Assembly (NCBI GenBank): GCA_963422265.1
Contig: OY729416.1
Coordinates: 1,719,596 to 1,783,595 of the forward strand
Direction: 5' to 3'
DNA length: 64,000 nucleotides
Source: Thermodesulfobacteriota bacterium
Lineage (GTDB): Bacteria; Desulfobacterota_D; UBA1144; Nemesobacterales; UBA2774
Below the pieces are notes generated by a model, which was not told the DNA's origin, did no database searches, and was given only the letters and a program-made list of their open reading frames with translations. The position numbers were made by a program, and so were the translations under genes. How positions within the stretch are numbered: the stretch's first letter is position 1; each line of letters starts with the position of its first letter. Of the stretch, positions 31,980 to 42,864 are shown one piece after another.

Positions 31980-32880
31980 CGCGTAGGGGCGAGAGTAATG
32001 TTTGAGGAATGACGGATATAGTAGAGGATGTGTGGGAATCGCCATTCCTGCAAAAGCAGGAATCCAGAGGGTATGCAATGTCTGAACTGTGATTTTTAGG
32101 ATTAAATGACGGGCTATGATTAAAAGGATAAAGGACAAGTCCTCCTTATCCCCCCTTCTACAGGCTCAGGGTGGCGCTTTTTTTCTAAAGGGGGAGAAGG
32201 AGAAATTCCCCTCCTTTTGTAAAGGAGGGAAAGGGTGGATTTACTTGTTTGTTTTTAGGGGCGACTCTTGTAGTCGCCCAAAGGCGTGAAGGCAAGAGTA
32301 AACACAAGGGTTACCTCTACGAAATGATGGAGAGGGTGGGAATGACGAGGGTATGTGGGAGTATAAGGGATGATTGATCTTCCCCGACGCCTATCAAATC
32401 CCCCTGTATCCCCCTTTTCTAAAGGGGGAGAAGGAGAAATTCCCCTCCTTTTGTAAAGGAGGGATAGGGTGGATTTACTTGTTTGTAGGGGCGACTCTTG
32501 TAGTCGCCCGAAGGCGTGAAGGCAAGAGTAAACACAAGGGTTACCTCTACGAAATGATGGAGAGGGTGGGAATGACGAGGGTATGTGGGAGTATAAGGGA
32601 TGATTGATCTTCCCTGATGTTCTATCAAATCCCCCTATATCCCCCTTTTCTAAAGGGGGAATGTATGAGTAAGGGTTCACGTTTACCATACTCCCTGGCT
32701 GGTGGGTCTGCCGGACCATTTCTGGATTCCCGATAGAATTGGGAATAACTGGGGGTGTGGTGTAGAGGTGACCCTAGCGACGTTCTGCGGTGCGCCGAGC
32801 CTGCCGAGTGGAACTTGTTGAAGGATGGTCGCCCGAATAATGAGGCCCGAATAATGAGGAAGGAATAATGAGGAAGGAAA
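31980..32880 (+). repeat. Repeat cluster between mraY and murD with ~234-bp tandem duplication
   Basis: Unit starting ~32187 repeats at ~32421; 14-bp microrepeats just before the murD start. Confidence 0.9.
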
Positions 32881-32881
32881 T

Positions 32882-34243
32882 ATGAATCTAAAGGGAAAGA
32901 AGACACTAGTCGTGGGGCTTGGAATAACCGGGATGGCGACGATTGACTTTCTGCTTAGCAAGGGTGCTTACGTGAGGGCAAGCGACTCTTCCTCAAGCGA
33001 TGAAATGGCTGAGCTGTTGAGGGGTAAGGGGGTTGAGATTGAGCTGGGCGGGCATACGGAGGGATTTTTTCTCTGGGCTGATGTCATAATCCTGAGTCCC
33101 GGCGTCCCATTTAGCCTCGCGGTGGTCAAAGAAGCGCTGAGAAACGGCAAGGAGGTGATAAGCGAGGTAGAGTTAGCCTCAAGGTTCATTACGCGTCGAG
33201 CCAAGATGGTTCGTAAATCATCATCATCATCCCCTGTCCACCTTATCGCCGTTACGGGGTCGAATGGAAAGACTACTACTTCCACTCTTATCGCTCAGAT
33301 ACTGGAAAGGAGCGGCTGGAAGGTGTTTCTGGGCGGGAATATAGGTTCGCCCATGATCAGCATAGTGGATGACTACGAGCGCTACGATGCGCTAGTGATA
33401 GAGCTAAGCAGCTTTCAGCTTCAGGGCGTAAAGACCTTTTGTCCCGACGTTGCGGTAATCTTAAACGTCTCGCCTAACCACTTGGATCATCATAAGGACT
33501 TTGATGAGTACGTTCAATCTAAAATGAACATTTGCGCTAATCAGAACGAAGCCGACTGGTTGGTTTACAACGGAGAGGATAAGATCGTAAAAGGCTGTTT
33601 GCAGGGGGTCAAGTCGCGCAAGATTCCTTTTGGGGTCTCGGATGGGGAAGACGGGGCTTGCCCGGACGGAACCGCCGTTAGATTCTGGGGTGAATTCTAC
33701 GAGCTTAAAGATATGAGGCTCTTGGGAAGCCACAATATGGAGAACTCAATGGCGGCCATAGCCGTAGCCGCAGTTTTAGGATGCGATCCTGACGTCGTGC
33801 GGGATACGATTGTAGGATTCGAGCCACTTCCCCACAGGAGCGAATACGTAAGGGATTACAATGGCGCTAAATTCTATAACGACTCTAAGTCAACAAGCCC
33901 CGGTGCTACGCTTAGGGCGCTAGAGAGCTTCGATAGCCAAATAGTACTTATAGCTGGTGGAAAGGACAAGGGTGTCAGCTTTGGTTCTCTGAAGTATATT
34001 GTCAAAGAAAGAGTAAAGCTCCTGATCCTAATTGGAGAGTCTAGGCTTAGGATGCGAGAAGAGATGGGTGAGGCCGCCGAGACCGTATTAGCTGACACGT
34101 TAGAGGAAGCCATTGATAAATCCCTTAAGAGGGTGATTATGGGTGATACGGTTTTATTCTCGCCCGCGTGCTCAAGCTTCGATATGTTCAACTCTTACGA
34201 GGAAAGAGGGAATAGGTATAAGGAAATTGTTGCGAATCTTTAA
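32882..34243 (+). CDS. murD: UDP-MurNAc-L-Ala-D-Glu ligase
   Basis: SPGVP, TGSNGKTT, ELSSFQL, NDSKST, SPACSSFDMF. Confidence 0.97.
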   Translation: MNLKGKKTLVVGLGITGMATIDFLLSKGAYVRASDSSSSDEMAELLRGKGVEIELGGHTEGFFLWADVIILSPGVPFSLAVVKEALRNGKEVISEVELASRFITRRAKMVRKSSSSSPVHLIAVTGSNGKTTTSTLIAQILERSGWKVFLGGNIGSPMISIVDDYERYDALVIELSSFQLQGVKTFCPDVAVILNVSPNHLDHHKDFDEYVQSKMNICANQNEADWLVYNGEDKIVKGCLQGVKSRKIPFGVSDGEDGACPDGTAVRFWGEFYELKDMRLLGSHNMENSMAAIAVAAVLGCDPDVVRDTIVGFEPLPHRSEYVRDYNGAKFYNDSKSTSPGATLRALESFDSQIVLIAGGKDKGVSFGSLKYIVKERVKLLILIGESRLRMREEMGEAAETVLADTLEEAIDKSLKRVIMGDTVLFSPACSSFDMFNSYEERGNRYKEIVANL

Positions 34244-35339
34244 CTCTGGTGAAGAGAACAAATTAGATATAATCATTTTGCTGTCTGTTCTGTTTCTAGC
34301 GGCGACGGGAGTGCTGATGGTTTACAGCGCAAGCTCGGTCTATTCCCTCGAGCATCACAGCACGACTAACTACTATCTGATACGTCACTCCATATACCTT
34401 GCAATAGGGCTCGCCTTTATGCTGTTTCTGATGCGAGTGGACTATAGTGCATTAGGGAGGCTGGTCTATCCCGCTTATCTGTTGGGCTTGCTGATGCTTA
34501 TAATCGTTCTCGTGCCAGGGATAGGAAAAGAAGTCAACGGAGCGAGAAGATGGATAGACCTTGGTTTCATAACCTTTCAGCCCTCGGAGATGGCAAAGTA
34601 TGTTTTAATCCTTTACCTTGCTCACTCGCTCACTAAGAAAAAGGATAAGATCAATAATTTCGTTATGGGCTTCGCCTCTCATGTTTTAATTGCGGGCGTT
34701 TACATCGGTTTGATCCTGCTACAGCCTGACTTTGGCTCTGCAGCCGTGCTAACCGTCATTGTTTTCGCAGTGCTTTTCGTTGGACGGGTAAGGCTCAGAC
34801 ACCTTATTCTCATAGTAGTAGCATCAGTTGCCCTTATGTGCGTAGCGGTAGTTACCCAGTCATATAGGATGGAACGCATAAGCGCGTTCTTGGATCCTTG
34901 GCAGGATTCACTCGGCTCTGGCTATCAAGTTGTGCAATCCTTTGTAGCTTTTGGGTCTGGTGGAATTTACGGAGTAGGCTTGGGTGAAAGTGCTCAGAAA
35001 TTGTTCTTTTTACCCCATGCTCACACTGATTTTATATTTTCTATTATAGGTGAAGAGCTTGGCTTTATAGGCGTCGCAGTCATTATAACCGTATTTGCAG
35101 TTATGTTTATACAAAGCCTACGCGTATCGCTAAGGGCGCCTGATCTCTTTGGGTGTTATCTCGCGTTTGGATGCGCCCTGCTCATAACGCTTCAGGCGGC
35201 TGTGAACATGTCGGTTACCGTAGGCATCGTACCCCCAACGGGGATTACGCTTCCTTTTGTCAGCTATGGCGGAACGTCTCTAGTAGCTAGTTTATCCGCA
35301 GTGGGAATGATACTGAGCGTCTCAAAGAGACAGAGATAA
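34230..35339 (+). CDS. ftsW: Peptidoglycan polymerase FtsW
   Basis: GARRWI, FQPSE.AK, QPDFGS, HTDFIF, LPFVSYGG; TTG start overlapping the murD end is inferred. Confidence 0.95.
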   Translation: MRIFNSGEENKLDIIILLSVLFLAATGVLMVYSASSVYSLEHHSTTNYYLIRHSIYLAIGLAFMLFLMRVDYSALGRLVYPAYLLGLLMLIIVLVPGIGKEVNGARRWIDLGFITFQPSEMAKYVLILYLAHSLTKKKDKINNFVMGFASHVLIAGVYIGLILLQPDFGSAAVLTVIVFAVLFVGRVRLRHLILIVVASVALMCVAVVTQSYRMERISAFLDPWQDSLGSGYQVVQSFVAFGSGGIYGVGLGESAQKLFFLPHAHTDFIFSIIGEELGFIGVAVIITVFAVMFIQSLRVSLRAPDLFGCYLAFGCALLITLQAAVNMSVTVGIVPPTGITLPFVSYGGTSLVASLSAVGMILSVSKRQR

Positions 35340-35750
35340 TAGGGTGGATTTACTTGTTTGTTTGTAGGGGCGACTCTTGTGGTCGCCCGAAGGCGTGAAG
35401 GCAAGAGTAAACACAAGGGTTACCTCTACGAAATGATGGAGAGGGTGGGAATGACGAGGGTATGTGGGAGTATAAGGGATGATTGATCTTCCCCGACGCC
35501 TATCAAATCCCCCTGTATCCCCCTTTTCTAAAGGGGGAATGTGTGAGGAAGGGTTCACGTTTACCATACTCTCTGGCTGGTGGGTCTGCCGGACCATTTC
35601 TGGATTCCCGATAGAATTGGGAATAACTGGGGGTGTGGTGTAGGGGCGACTCTTGTAGTCGCCCAAAGGCGTGAAGGTAATGGGTAACCACAAGGGTTAC
35701 CCCTATGAAAAAAGGGAGTGGAAATGAAGGGGGGGGGGAAACAACTAGGG
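35340..35750 (+). repeat. Repeat cluster between ftsW and murG
   Basis: Near-identical to 32466-32765. Confidence 0.9.
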
Positions 35751-35760
35751 TCAGAATGAA

Positions 35761-36891
35761 ATGAGGATTATTATAACGGGTGGAGGAACAGGGGGGCACG
35801 TATTTCCGGCGATTTCAATTGCCGAAGAGATAAAGAGAAGGAATAAGAGTAACAAGATATTATTCGTTGGTTCCAGAAGGGGGATAGAGAAGAATCTGGT
35901 GCCGAAGAATGGCTATGAGATCAAATACATAAACTCAATGGGGATCAGTAGGGTCGGGATAGCGAGGGGGGCATTAGGCGCCTTCGCCGCCTTTAGGGGT
36001 CTGCTCGAATCAGCTTTCTTAATAAGAAGTTTTAAGCCAGATGTGGTTCTCGGCGTTGGGGGATACGCATCGGGTCCCTCGGTGCTTGCAGCGGCTCTTC
36101 TGGGGGTTGCCACCGCTATATGCGAGCAAAATACCGTGCCCGGCGCTACTAATCGGATTTTGAGTAAATTCGTGAATAGAATTTTCGCCTCTTTTGAGGA
36201 AAGCATCCGATATTTTCCTCCCAAGAAGGTAGTGATTACTGGTAATCCAATAAGGGGTGAGTTGTTGCTAAGCACGGGGGATTCTTCCTCTACCCTATTG
36301 ACTACCTCACCGAGTCCCATTGGTAAGCGGTCTGGGTTGGGATCAAAGGGTTTTTCTATCCTAGTTTTGGGTGGTAGTCAGGGGGCACGCAGGCTTAATC
36401 TTGCGGTTCCCAAAGCCATAGGCGAACTTGGCGGGGGGGATATTTCTGTCCTTCATCAAACGGGTAAGGATGGCGGTGCCGTCGCTCTTGACTATAAAAA
36501 ATATAACGTAAAGGCACGGACGCTCGCTTTCATAGATGATATGGCTAACGCTTACGCCAAGTCGGATTTAGTAATAGGCAGGGCGGGGGCAGGCACGATA
36601 GCTGAGATTACCGCTCTGGGCAAGCCGTCAATTCTCGTCCCATTCCCTCACGCCGCGGGTGATCATCAGACCGAAAACGCAAGGGTTCTCCGTGAGGCAG
36701 GGGCTTCGGTAACGTTGACGGATGAGGTCGCCACGCCGGAGAATCTGGCTAAGACGCTAAGGGAGTTGTTAGATAAAGATAAACTTGCGGAAATGGCGAG
36801 AGCGGCAAGTACCCTCGGCGTGCCAGAAGCCGCTAAACGTATCGTTGACGGTATTTATGAGCTTATGGATAAATCTGCAGGCGCGAGATAA
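35761..36891 (+). CDS. murG: Lipid II GlcNAc transferase
   Basis: GGGTGGH, GGY, EQN, GNP.R, GGSQGA, RAGA. Confidence 0.97.
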   Translation: MRIIITGGGTGGHVFPAISIAEEIKRRNKSNKILFVGSRRGIEKNLVPKNGYEIKYINSMGISRVGIARGALGAFAAFRGLLESAFLIRSFKPDVVLGVGGYASGPSVLAAALLGVATAICEQNTVPGATNRILSKFVNRIFASFEESIRYFPPKKVVITGNPIRGELLLSTGDSSSTLLTTSPSPIGKRSGLGSKGFSILVLGGSQGARRLNLAVPKAIGELGGGDISVLHQTGKDGGAVALDYKKYNVKARTLAFIDDMANAYAKSDLVIGRAGAGTIAEITALGKPSILVPFPHAAGDHQTENARVLREAGASVTLTDEVATPENLAKTLRELLDKDKLAEMARAASTLGVPEAAKRIVDGIYELMDKSAGAR

Positions 36892-36899
36892 AGAGGCGA

Positions 36900-37070
36900 A
36901 GAATGACTGGGGGTGGAGTAGAGGCAACACTCGTGGTCGCCCTGAGTTGCGGAGGTGATAGGTAACAACCTTTTGACAGGATAAGGTAACTACAAGGGTT
37001 ACCCCTACAGAAGGATGGAAGGGGTGGGAATGACGTTTGGGGTATTACGGGGATGGGTGAATGACGGCTT
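36900..37070 (+). repeat. REP-like inverted pair between murG and murC
   Basis: GTAGAGGCAACACTCGTGGTCGCC ... GGTAACTACAAGGGTTACCCCTAC. Confidence 0.75.
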
Positions 37071-37106
37071 TAGACAGGAAGAAACATAGACTATAATATA
37101 GAGCGA

Positions 37107-38501
37107 ATGTACGGAAAAATTAAGAATATTCACTTTGTGGGAATTGGCGGAATCGGCATGAGCGGTATTGCTGAGGTGCTTCTTAACATGGGTTATTCAG
37201 TGACGGGCTCGGATATCGGGCGATCGGCCACGGTTAACAGGCTTGAGGCTCTGGGTGCAAAGATAAATATCGGTCACAAGGTAGAGAATGTCAATGGAGC
37301 GGATGTGGTTGTTACCTCTTCAGCGATTAAGGCTGATAATTCTGAGGTTGAGCAAGCTAATAACCTGGGCGTTCCCGTTATTCCAAGGGCTGAGATGCTG
37401 GCGGAGTTAATGAGGATCAGGTATGGCGTAGCCGTTGCGGGAAGCCATGGCAAAACAACGGTGACGTCTATGATAGGGATTGTACTTTCACACGGGGGGC
37501 TGGACCCTACGATAGTAGTCGGTGGCAGGGTGCGGACTATGGGAACCAACGCGCGTTTGGGCAAGGGTGATTTCATGGTAGTCGAGGCTGACGAGAGCGA
37601 TGGTTCGTTTCTGCTTCTCTCTCCTGTTATATCTGTGCTTACAAACGTAGATCAAGAGCATATGGATCACTACGAAAGTATGAGCCGACTGGAGGATGCG
37701 TTTTACCGCTTCGTGGGAAAGATACCTTTTTACGGGCTCGCGGTTCTGTGTGCTGATTGTCCACGCGTAAAGGATATGGCGAGCAGGTTTAGTAAAAGGG
37801 GCTTAACTTATGGTTTTGACCAAGACGCCGATCTGTGCGCTCGCGACGTCGTAGCATCAGGTTTTCAGATAGCCTCTGAGCAGTTTTATAAGGGCGCCGA
37901 GTTCAACGTTGTCTATAAAGGCTCTTTGCTTGGCAGGTTGTTTCTTAGGGTGCCAGGTAGGCATAATGCCCAAAACGCGCTTGCGGCGGTCGCCGTGGGC
38001 ATGGAGCTTGGGATGAGCTTTGAATCCGTAAAACAGGGACTGATGGAGTTTAGAGGAATAGACAGAAGGCTGCAGGTAAAAGGAGCCCTAAGAAACGTGC
38101 TCGTTATGGATGATTATGCCCATCACCCGCAGGAAATAAGGGTTACTATCAATACCCTGAAGGAGTCTCAAGCGGGCAGGATCGTAGCGATATTCCAACC
38201 ACACCGCTATAGCAGGACAAAACTTCTATTTGATGAATTCAAAGAAGTGCTTATCAATACAGACGTCCTTTTCTTGATGGATATATACCCAGCGGGAGAA
38301 GAACCCGTAAGCGGCGTGTCGTCTGAAAAGCTGTGCGGTGCTATTAGAAGGGCAGGTCATAAAAACGTCTTTTACTTAGATGACGAGGGGAAAGGGACAG
38401 ACGCGGTAATTGAAGCTCTGGAGCCTGGCGACGTGGTGATTACACTCGGAGCGGGCAATGTATGGGCGTTTGGGGAAAGAATAGTAAAGGAGCTTGAGTG
38501 A
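37107..38501 (+). CDS. murC: UDP-MurNAc-L-Ala ligase
   Basis: GIGGIGMSGIA, GSHGKTT, EADESD, DDYAHHP, FQPHRYSR. Confidence 0.98.
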   Translation: MYGKIKNIHFVGIGGIGMSGIAEVLLNMGYSVTGSDIGRSATVNRLEALGAKINIGHKVENVNGADVVVTSSAIKADNSEVEQANNLGVPVIPRAEMLAELMRIRYGVAVAGSHGKTTVTSMIGIVLSHGGLDPTIVVGGRVRTMGTNARLGKGDFMVVEADESDGSFLLLSPVISVLTNVDQEHMDHYESMSRLEDAFYRFVGKIPFYGLAVLCADCPRVKDMASRFSKRGLTYGFDQDADLCARDVVASGFQIASEQFYKGAEFNVVYKGSLLGRLFLRVPGRHNAQNALAAVAVGMELGMSFESVKQGLMEFRGIDRRLQVKGALRNVLVMDDYAHHPQEIRVTINTLKESQAGRIVAIFQPHRYSRTKLLFDEFKEVLINTDVLFLMDIYPAGEEPVSGVSSEKLCGAIRRAGHKNVFYLDDEGKGTDAVIEALEPGDVVITLGAGNVWAFGERIVKELE

Positions 38502-39412
38502 AGAATCTGGTTGAGCGAATAGAAAAAGTTGGGTGCGAGGTAGAGCACCGCTATCCTATGAGTAAATACACATGGCTTCGCGTTGGGGGCGAAGCCTCGC
38601 TGTTGGCACGTCCGGGTAGTTGCGGTGAGCTAAAGCAAACGCTCGGGCTACTATGTGAATATGGCGTTCCCTGGGTTGTGCTAGGCGAGGGGTCTAACAC
38701 CATCGTTTATGACAAGGGGTTTACGGGGGTCGTGGTTTCTACCAAGAGGCTTAAAGGAATTGAGATAAGGCGGGGCGGCAAGGTGCTTGCCGAATGTGGG
38801 GTGATACTTGGAACCGTGCTGAACAAAACGATTAGAGCTGGACTTGTTGGGTTTGAATTTGCAGCGGGCATACCGGGAACCGTGGGCGGCGGGATTTTTA
38901 TGAACGCGGGCGCCAATGGAGGAGAGATTAAAGACGTGGTTGATATGGTGTGGATATGGAGCTCTGGTAAGGAGGTCGCTCTCTCTAGGGAAGACATAAG
39001 GTTTGAGTATCGCAAAAGCAATTTACCTAGTGGGAGCGTCGTAACCAAAGCCCTGTTTAGGTTGGTGAAGGGCGACGTTGCCCAAAGCGCGAGAATCGTT
39101 AAGAGCTATATGGACAGAAGGAATCGGACGCAGCCTATTAGAACGTCTAACACGGGGTCTATATTTAAGAACCCCCTCGACGTAGCTGCCGGAAGGCTCA
39201 TAGAAGAGCTTGGACTCAAGGGCTTCGCCCTGGGGGGAGCGAAATTTTCTGAGGTTCACGCGAATTTTATAGTCAATTACGACCACGCCTCCGCGCAGGA
39301 CGTGCTAAGGCTTATAGATAAGGCAAAGAACGAGGCTTTGTTAAAGAGAGGAATCAGGCTTGAGACCGAAGTCGTAGTTATTGGGGATGGGGAGGTGATG
39401 TCTGAACTGTGA
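38498..39412 (+). CDS. murB: UDP-N-acetylenolpyruvoylglucosamine reductase
   Basis: G.GSN, GIPGTVGG...MNAGA, GSIFKNP, HANFIVN, LETEV. Confidence 0.97.
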   Translation: MKNLVERIEKVGCEVEHRYPMSKYTWLRVGGEASLLARPGSCGELKQTLGLLCEYGVPWVVLGEGSNTIVYDKGFTGVVVSTKRLKGIEIRRGGKVLAECGVILGTVLNKTIRAGLVGFEFAAGIPGTVGGGIFMNAGANGGEIKDVVDMVWIWSSGKEVALSREDIRFEYRKSNLPSGSVVTKALFRLVKGDVAQSARIVKSYMDRRNRTQPIRTSNTGSIFKNPLDVAAGRLIEELGLKGFALGGAKFSEVHANFIVNYDHASAQDVLRLIDKAKNEALLKRGIRLETEVVVIGDGEVMSEL

Positions 39413-39710
39413 TTTTTGGGATTAAATGATGAGCTATGATTAAAAGGATAAAGGACAAATCCCTGTATCCCTCCTTCGACAGGCTCAGGGCGGCGCTTTT
39501 TTTCTAAAGGGGGAGTATATGAGGAGGGGGTTCGTTCCCCGACGCCTATCAAATCCCCCTATATCCCCCTTTTCTAAAGGGGGAGAAGAAGAAATTCCCC
39601 TCCTTTTGTAAAGGAGGGAAAGGGTGGATTTTCTTGTTTGTCTGTAGGGGCGACCCTTGTGGTCGCCCAAAGGTGCAAGGATAGGGTAACCACAAGGGTT
39701 ACCCCTACAA
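39398..39710 (+). repeat. Repeat cluster between murB and ftsQ
   Basis: Begins with the ATGTCTGAACTGTGATTTT module; ends in a REP-like pair 5 nt before the ftsQ ATG. Confidence 0.9.
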
Positions 39711-39714
39711 AATT

Positions 39715-40452
39715 ATGAACAATAAGAGGCGTAGTTACGCCAGAAACCTGATAAATTACGCTCTAACCCTTCTTATATTACCTGCGGCGGTGGGATACAT
39801 CCTCTTTCATCTCGGGGTTTTTACGGTTCGTGAAGTATTAGTAGAGGGAAACTTTCATCTCGGAGAAAGAGAAATTCTAAAGAGATCGGGACTCAGAGTT
39901 GAGGAAAGTGACATCTTATTTTTCAAAAGCAGCGTAGAGAAATCCATATTACAAAACCCCTTTATAAAAAGCGTTGTGATAGAAAAGGATATTCCCAGCA
40001 GGGTGGTTCGTATAAAGATAGAAGAAGAGAAGCCTTACTGCGTAGCTTTAGATGATGAGGGAGAGCTTCATTACCTAAACCATAGGGGCAAGCGGATCGG
40101 GCATGGGAGGTTGAAATTGGGTCTTGATTTTCCCGTCCTAACAGGGAATGGTATAAAAGACCCAAAGATGCTAAGCGACGCCTTGCGAATATTGGATTTA
40201 TCCTCAAAAAGCAATATCCTGACTTGGAATGAAATATCCCAAGTTGAGGTGGACGCGTTATATGGCCTTAGAGTGTGGATGACGGGTAAGAGGCATATAG
40301 ATTTTGGGCTTATAGAACTTAACGGGGGCGATATCGTTAAGAAGTGGCGGAGGATAGAAAAGATAATAGATCACGCCAGGGACCTGGGCATTAGGGAGTC
40401 TTACATGGACGTGAGTTCTGACAAGATAGGCGTGGTTCGGTTTGAGTCTTGA
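39715..40452 (+). CDS. ftsQ: Cell division protein FtsQ/DivIB
   Basis: TM plus POTRA (F.V..V.VEGN ... P.IKSV.I....P....I.I.E); position before ftsA. Confidence 0.88.
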   Translation: MNNKRRSYARNLINYALTLLILPAAVGYILFHLGVFTVREVLVEGNFHLGEREILKRSGLRVEESDILFFKSSVEKSILQNPFIKSVVIEKDIPSRVVRIKIEEEKPYCVALDDEGELHYLNHRGKRIGHGRLKLGLDFPVLTGNGIKDPKMLSDALRILDLSSKSNILTWNEISQVEVDALYGLRVWMTGKRHIDFGLIELNGGDIVKKWRRIEKIIDHARDLGIRESYMDVSSDKIGVVRFES

Positions 40453-40513
40453 TGTTCCAAAACATCGTGTGGGAGCATCCCGCCTTATGCGGGTTTGGAG
40501 TTAGGAGCGAAAG

Positions 40514-41746
40514 ATGGGTAAAGAGAAAAATTGTATCGTCGGACTAGATATAGGCACGACGAAGATATGCGCGATAGTAGGTGAGGTGAGCTCTAAGACC
40601 CAGGGGTTTAATATAGTCGGGGTCGGCACTCACCCATCATATGGCTTAAAGCGAGGCGTAGTCGTTAATATTGACAATACAATTCAATCTATCAACAGCG
40701 CTGTGGGCAAAGCCGAGCACATGGCGGGGTGTGAGATCAGGACGGTATTCGTCGGCATAGCTGGTGGGCATATTAAGGGCATCACCAGTAACGGCATGGT
40801 AACCATAAGGGAAGGGGAGGTTTCCGATCGTGATATAGAAAGGGTAATAGAGTCCGCGAGCGCCGTAGCTATCCCAGCAGACAGGGAGATTCTTCACGTT
40901 ATACCTCAGGAATATATAGTGGATGGTCAGGTTGGCATAATGGAGCCGGTAGGGATGTGCGGAGTAAAGCTCGAAACCAAAGCGCATATAGTTACAGGTC
41001 AGGTTACGGCGGCTCAGAATCTGGTTAAATGCGTTCATGGAGCGGGTATGGACGTTGCGGACGTCATTTTGGAACAGTTGGCGTCAAGCGAATCGGTGTT
41101 GATGGAAGACGAGAAGAATCTTGGCGTCGCACTCATAGATTGTGGGGGAGGAACGACGGACATAGCTATATTCATAGGTGGAGGCATAAGATACACCGAG
41201 AGCGTGACCCTCGGCGGAGACAACATTGACAGTGATTTGGCGTTCGGGTTTTCGATTCCTCCAACCCAGGCTAGAAAGATCAAGGAAAGGTATGGAAGCG
41301 CTTTGTCCAGCATCGTGTCTCCTGACGAGATTATAGATATTCCCAGCGTGGGAGGAAGAAAGCCCCGTAAGGTATCCAGAAGGGACATTGCCCTGGTGAT
41401 TGAGCCTAGAATGGAGGAAATATTTACTCTTGTCAAAAGCAAGATGAGGGAGTCTGGTTTCGAGGAAGTTCTTCCAGCGGGTGCAGTTATTACGGGTGGC
41501 ACAGTAATTATGGATGGGACGGTGGAGCTGGTGGAGCGCGTTCTGGAAATGCCTGTAAGGATGGGTATTCCCACAGAAGTAGGCGGGCTTGGCGACGTCA
41601 TAGCCAACCCTGTTTTCTCAACGGGGGTAGGGTTAGCTATTCACGGGGTGGGATACGAGGGCGATAAGAAATTGAGAATCAGGGAGGAAAAAACATTTAA
41701 GAAAATACTCGACAGCATGAAAAATTGGTTTAAGGAGTTTTTGTAG
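40514..41746 (+). CDS. ftsA: Cell division protein FtsA
   Basis: GLDIGTTKI, D.GGGTTD, ITGG. Confidence 0.98.
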   Translation: MGKEKNCIVGLDIGTTKICAIVGEVSSKTQGFNIVGVGTHPSYGLKRGVVVNIDNTIQSINSAVGKAEHMAGCEIRTVFVGIAGGHIKGITSNGMVTIREGEVSDRDIERVIESASAVAIPADREILHVIPQEYIVDGQVGIMEPVGMCGVKLETKAHIVTGQVTAAQNLVKCVHGAGMDVADVILEQLASSESVLMEDEKNLGVALIDCGGGTTDIAIFIGGGIRYTESVTLGGDNIDSDLAFGFSIPPTQARKIKERYGSALSSIVSPDEIIDIPSVGGRKPRKVSRRDIALVIEPRMEEIFTLVKSKMRESGFEEVLPAGAVITGGTVIMDGTVELVERVLEMPVRMGIPTEVGGLGDVIANPVFSTGVGLAIHGVGYEGDKKLRIREEKTFKKILDSMKNWFKEFL

Positions 41747-41789
41747 GCTAAAATCCAAATGAATGGTTCGGTGTGGAAGGAGTTCAGCT

Positions 41790-42863
41790 ATGGCTATATT
41801 TGAAGTTGAGGAGGAGAGTTTAGAGCACGGGGCGAGAATAAAGGTCGTGGGAGCTGGCGGAGCTGGCGGCAACGCGGTGAACGCCATGATAGAAAAGGGG
41901 CTAGAAGGGGTTGACTTCATTACACTTAATACGGACTCGCAAGACCTTGAAAAATCGCTGTCGCCTACTAAGCTCCAGATAGGAACCAGGACGACCAAGG
42001 GGTTAGGGTCTGGAGGCAACCCAACTTTGGGACGGGAAGCCGCCCTTGAGAATCAGGCTGATATTCACCGGATGATTGAAGGGGCGGATATGGTCTTTAT
42101 AACGGCAGGGATGGGTGGGGGCACCGGGACAGGATCGTCTCCGATCGTAGCCCAGGCTTGTAAGGAGGTTGGAGCGCTTACTGTAGGAGTCGTAACCAAG
42201 CCCTTTGGCTTTGAGGGACCCAAACGCAAGGATAACGCTCTCGATGGTGTTACGAGACTTGAGAACGAAGTAGATACGCTAATTGTAATTCCAAATGACA
42301 GGTTAACCCAGTCTAATAGCGTGAGCATACTGGACGCCTTTAAGAGCGCTGACGAGGTTCTTCACAAAGCCGTAAGCGGCATTGCCGACATTATTACGGG
42401 CACCGGCTACATCAACGTTGATTTTGCCGATGTTAGGAGCATTATGGGGGAAAATGGCGGTAAAGCGTTAATGGGTATTGGATACGCGGAGGGCACCAAC
42501 AGGTCTATAGAAGCTGCTGAGAAGGCTATAACCAGCCCGTTGTTAGAAGATATATCTATAGACGGCGCTACTGGCATTCTATTGAACGTAACCGCTTCGC
42601 CTGATTTTAGCATAGAAGAACTTACTCAAGCCTGCACTTACATAAAAGACCGCGCTCATCACGATGTGAACTTGATCTTTGGGCTTGTGTTTGATCATAG
42701 TTTCAAAGAGGCGGTGCAGCTAACCGTAATCGCCACAGGCATTCACAAGGCGAGAGCAGAGGGAATAAAGGGCGTGGTCAGAGGATTGCCTGCAGACTTT
42801 GCCCAGGACGAGCTTGAAATCCCAACTTTTATAAGAAGGAAAGTAAGTAAGCGAGAGGAGTAG
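41790..42863 (+). CDS. ftsZ: Cell division protein FtsZ
   Basis: [25 protein letters not shown]-terminal [16 protein letters not shown] before 41790. Confidence 0.98.
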   Translation: MAIFEVEEESLEHGARIKVVGAGGAGGNAVNAMIEKGLEGVDFITLNTDSQDLEKSLSPTKLQIGTRTTKGLGSGGNPTLGREAALENQADIHRMIEGADMVFITAGMGGGTGTGSSPIVAQACKEVGALTVGVVTKPFGFEGPKRKDNALDGVTRLENEVDTLIVIPNDRLTQSNSVSILDAFKSADEVLHKAVSGIADIITGTGYINVDFADVRSIMGENGGKALMGIGYAEGTNRSIEAAEKAITSPLLEDISIDGATGILLNVTASPDFSIEELTQACTYIKDRAHHDVNLIFGLVFDHSFKEAVQLTVIATGIHKARAEGIKGVVRGLPADFAQDELEIPTFIRRKVSKREE

Positions 42864-42864
42864 A

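Noticed and set aside
666-42613. Antisense and shadow ORFs within housekeeping genes (e.g. 5520-6122, 9792-10334, 41035-41607)
   Set aside because: They fully overlap well-supported genes and show no independent motifs
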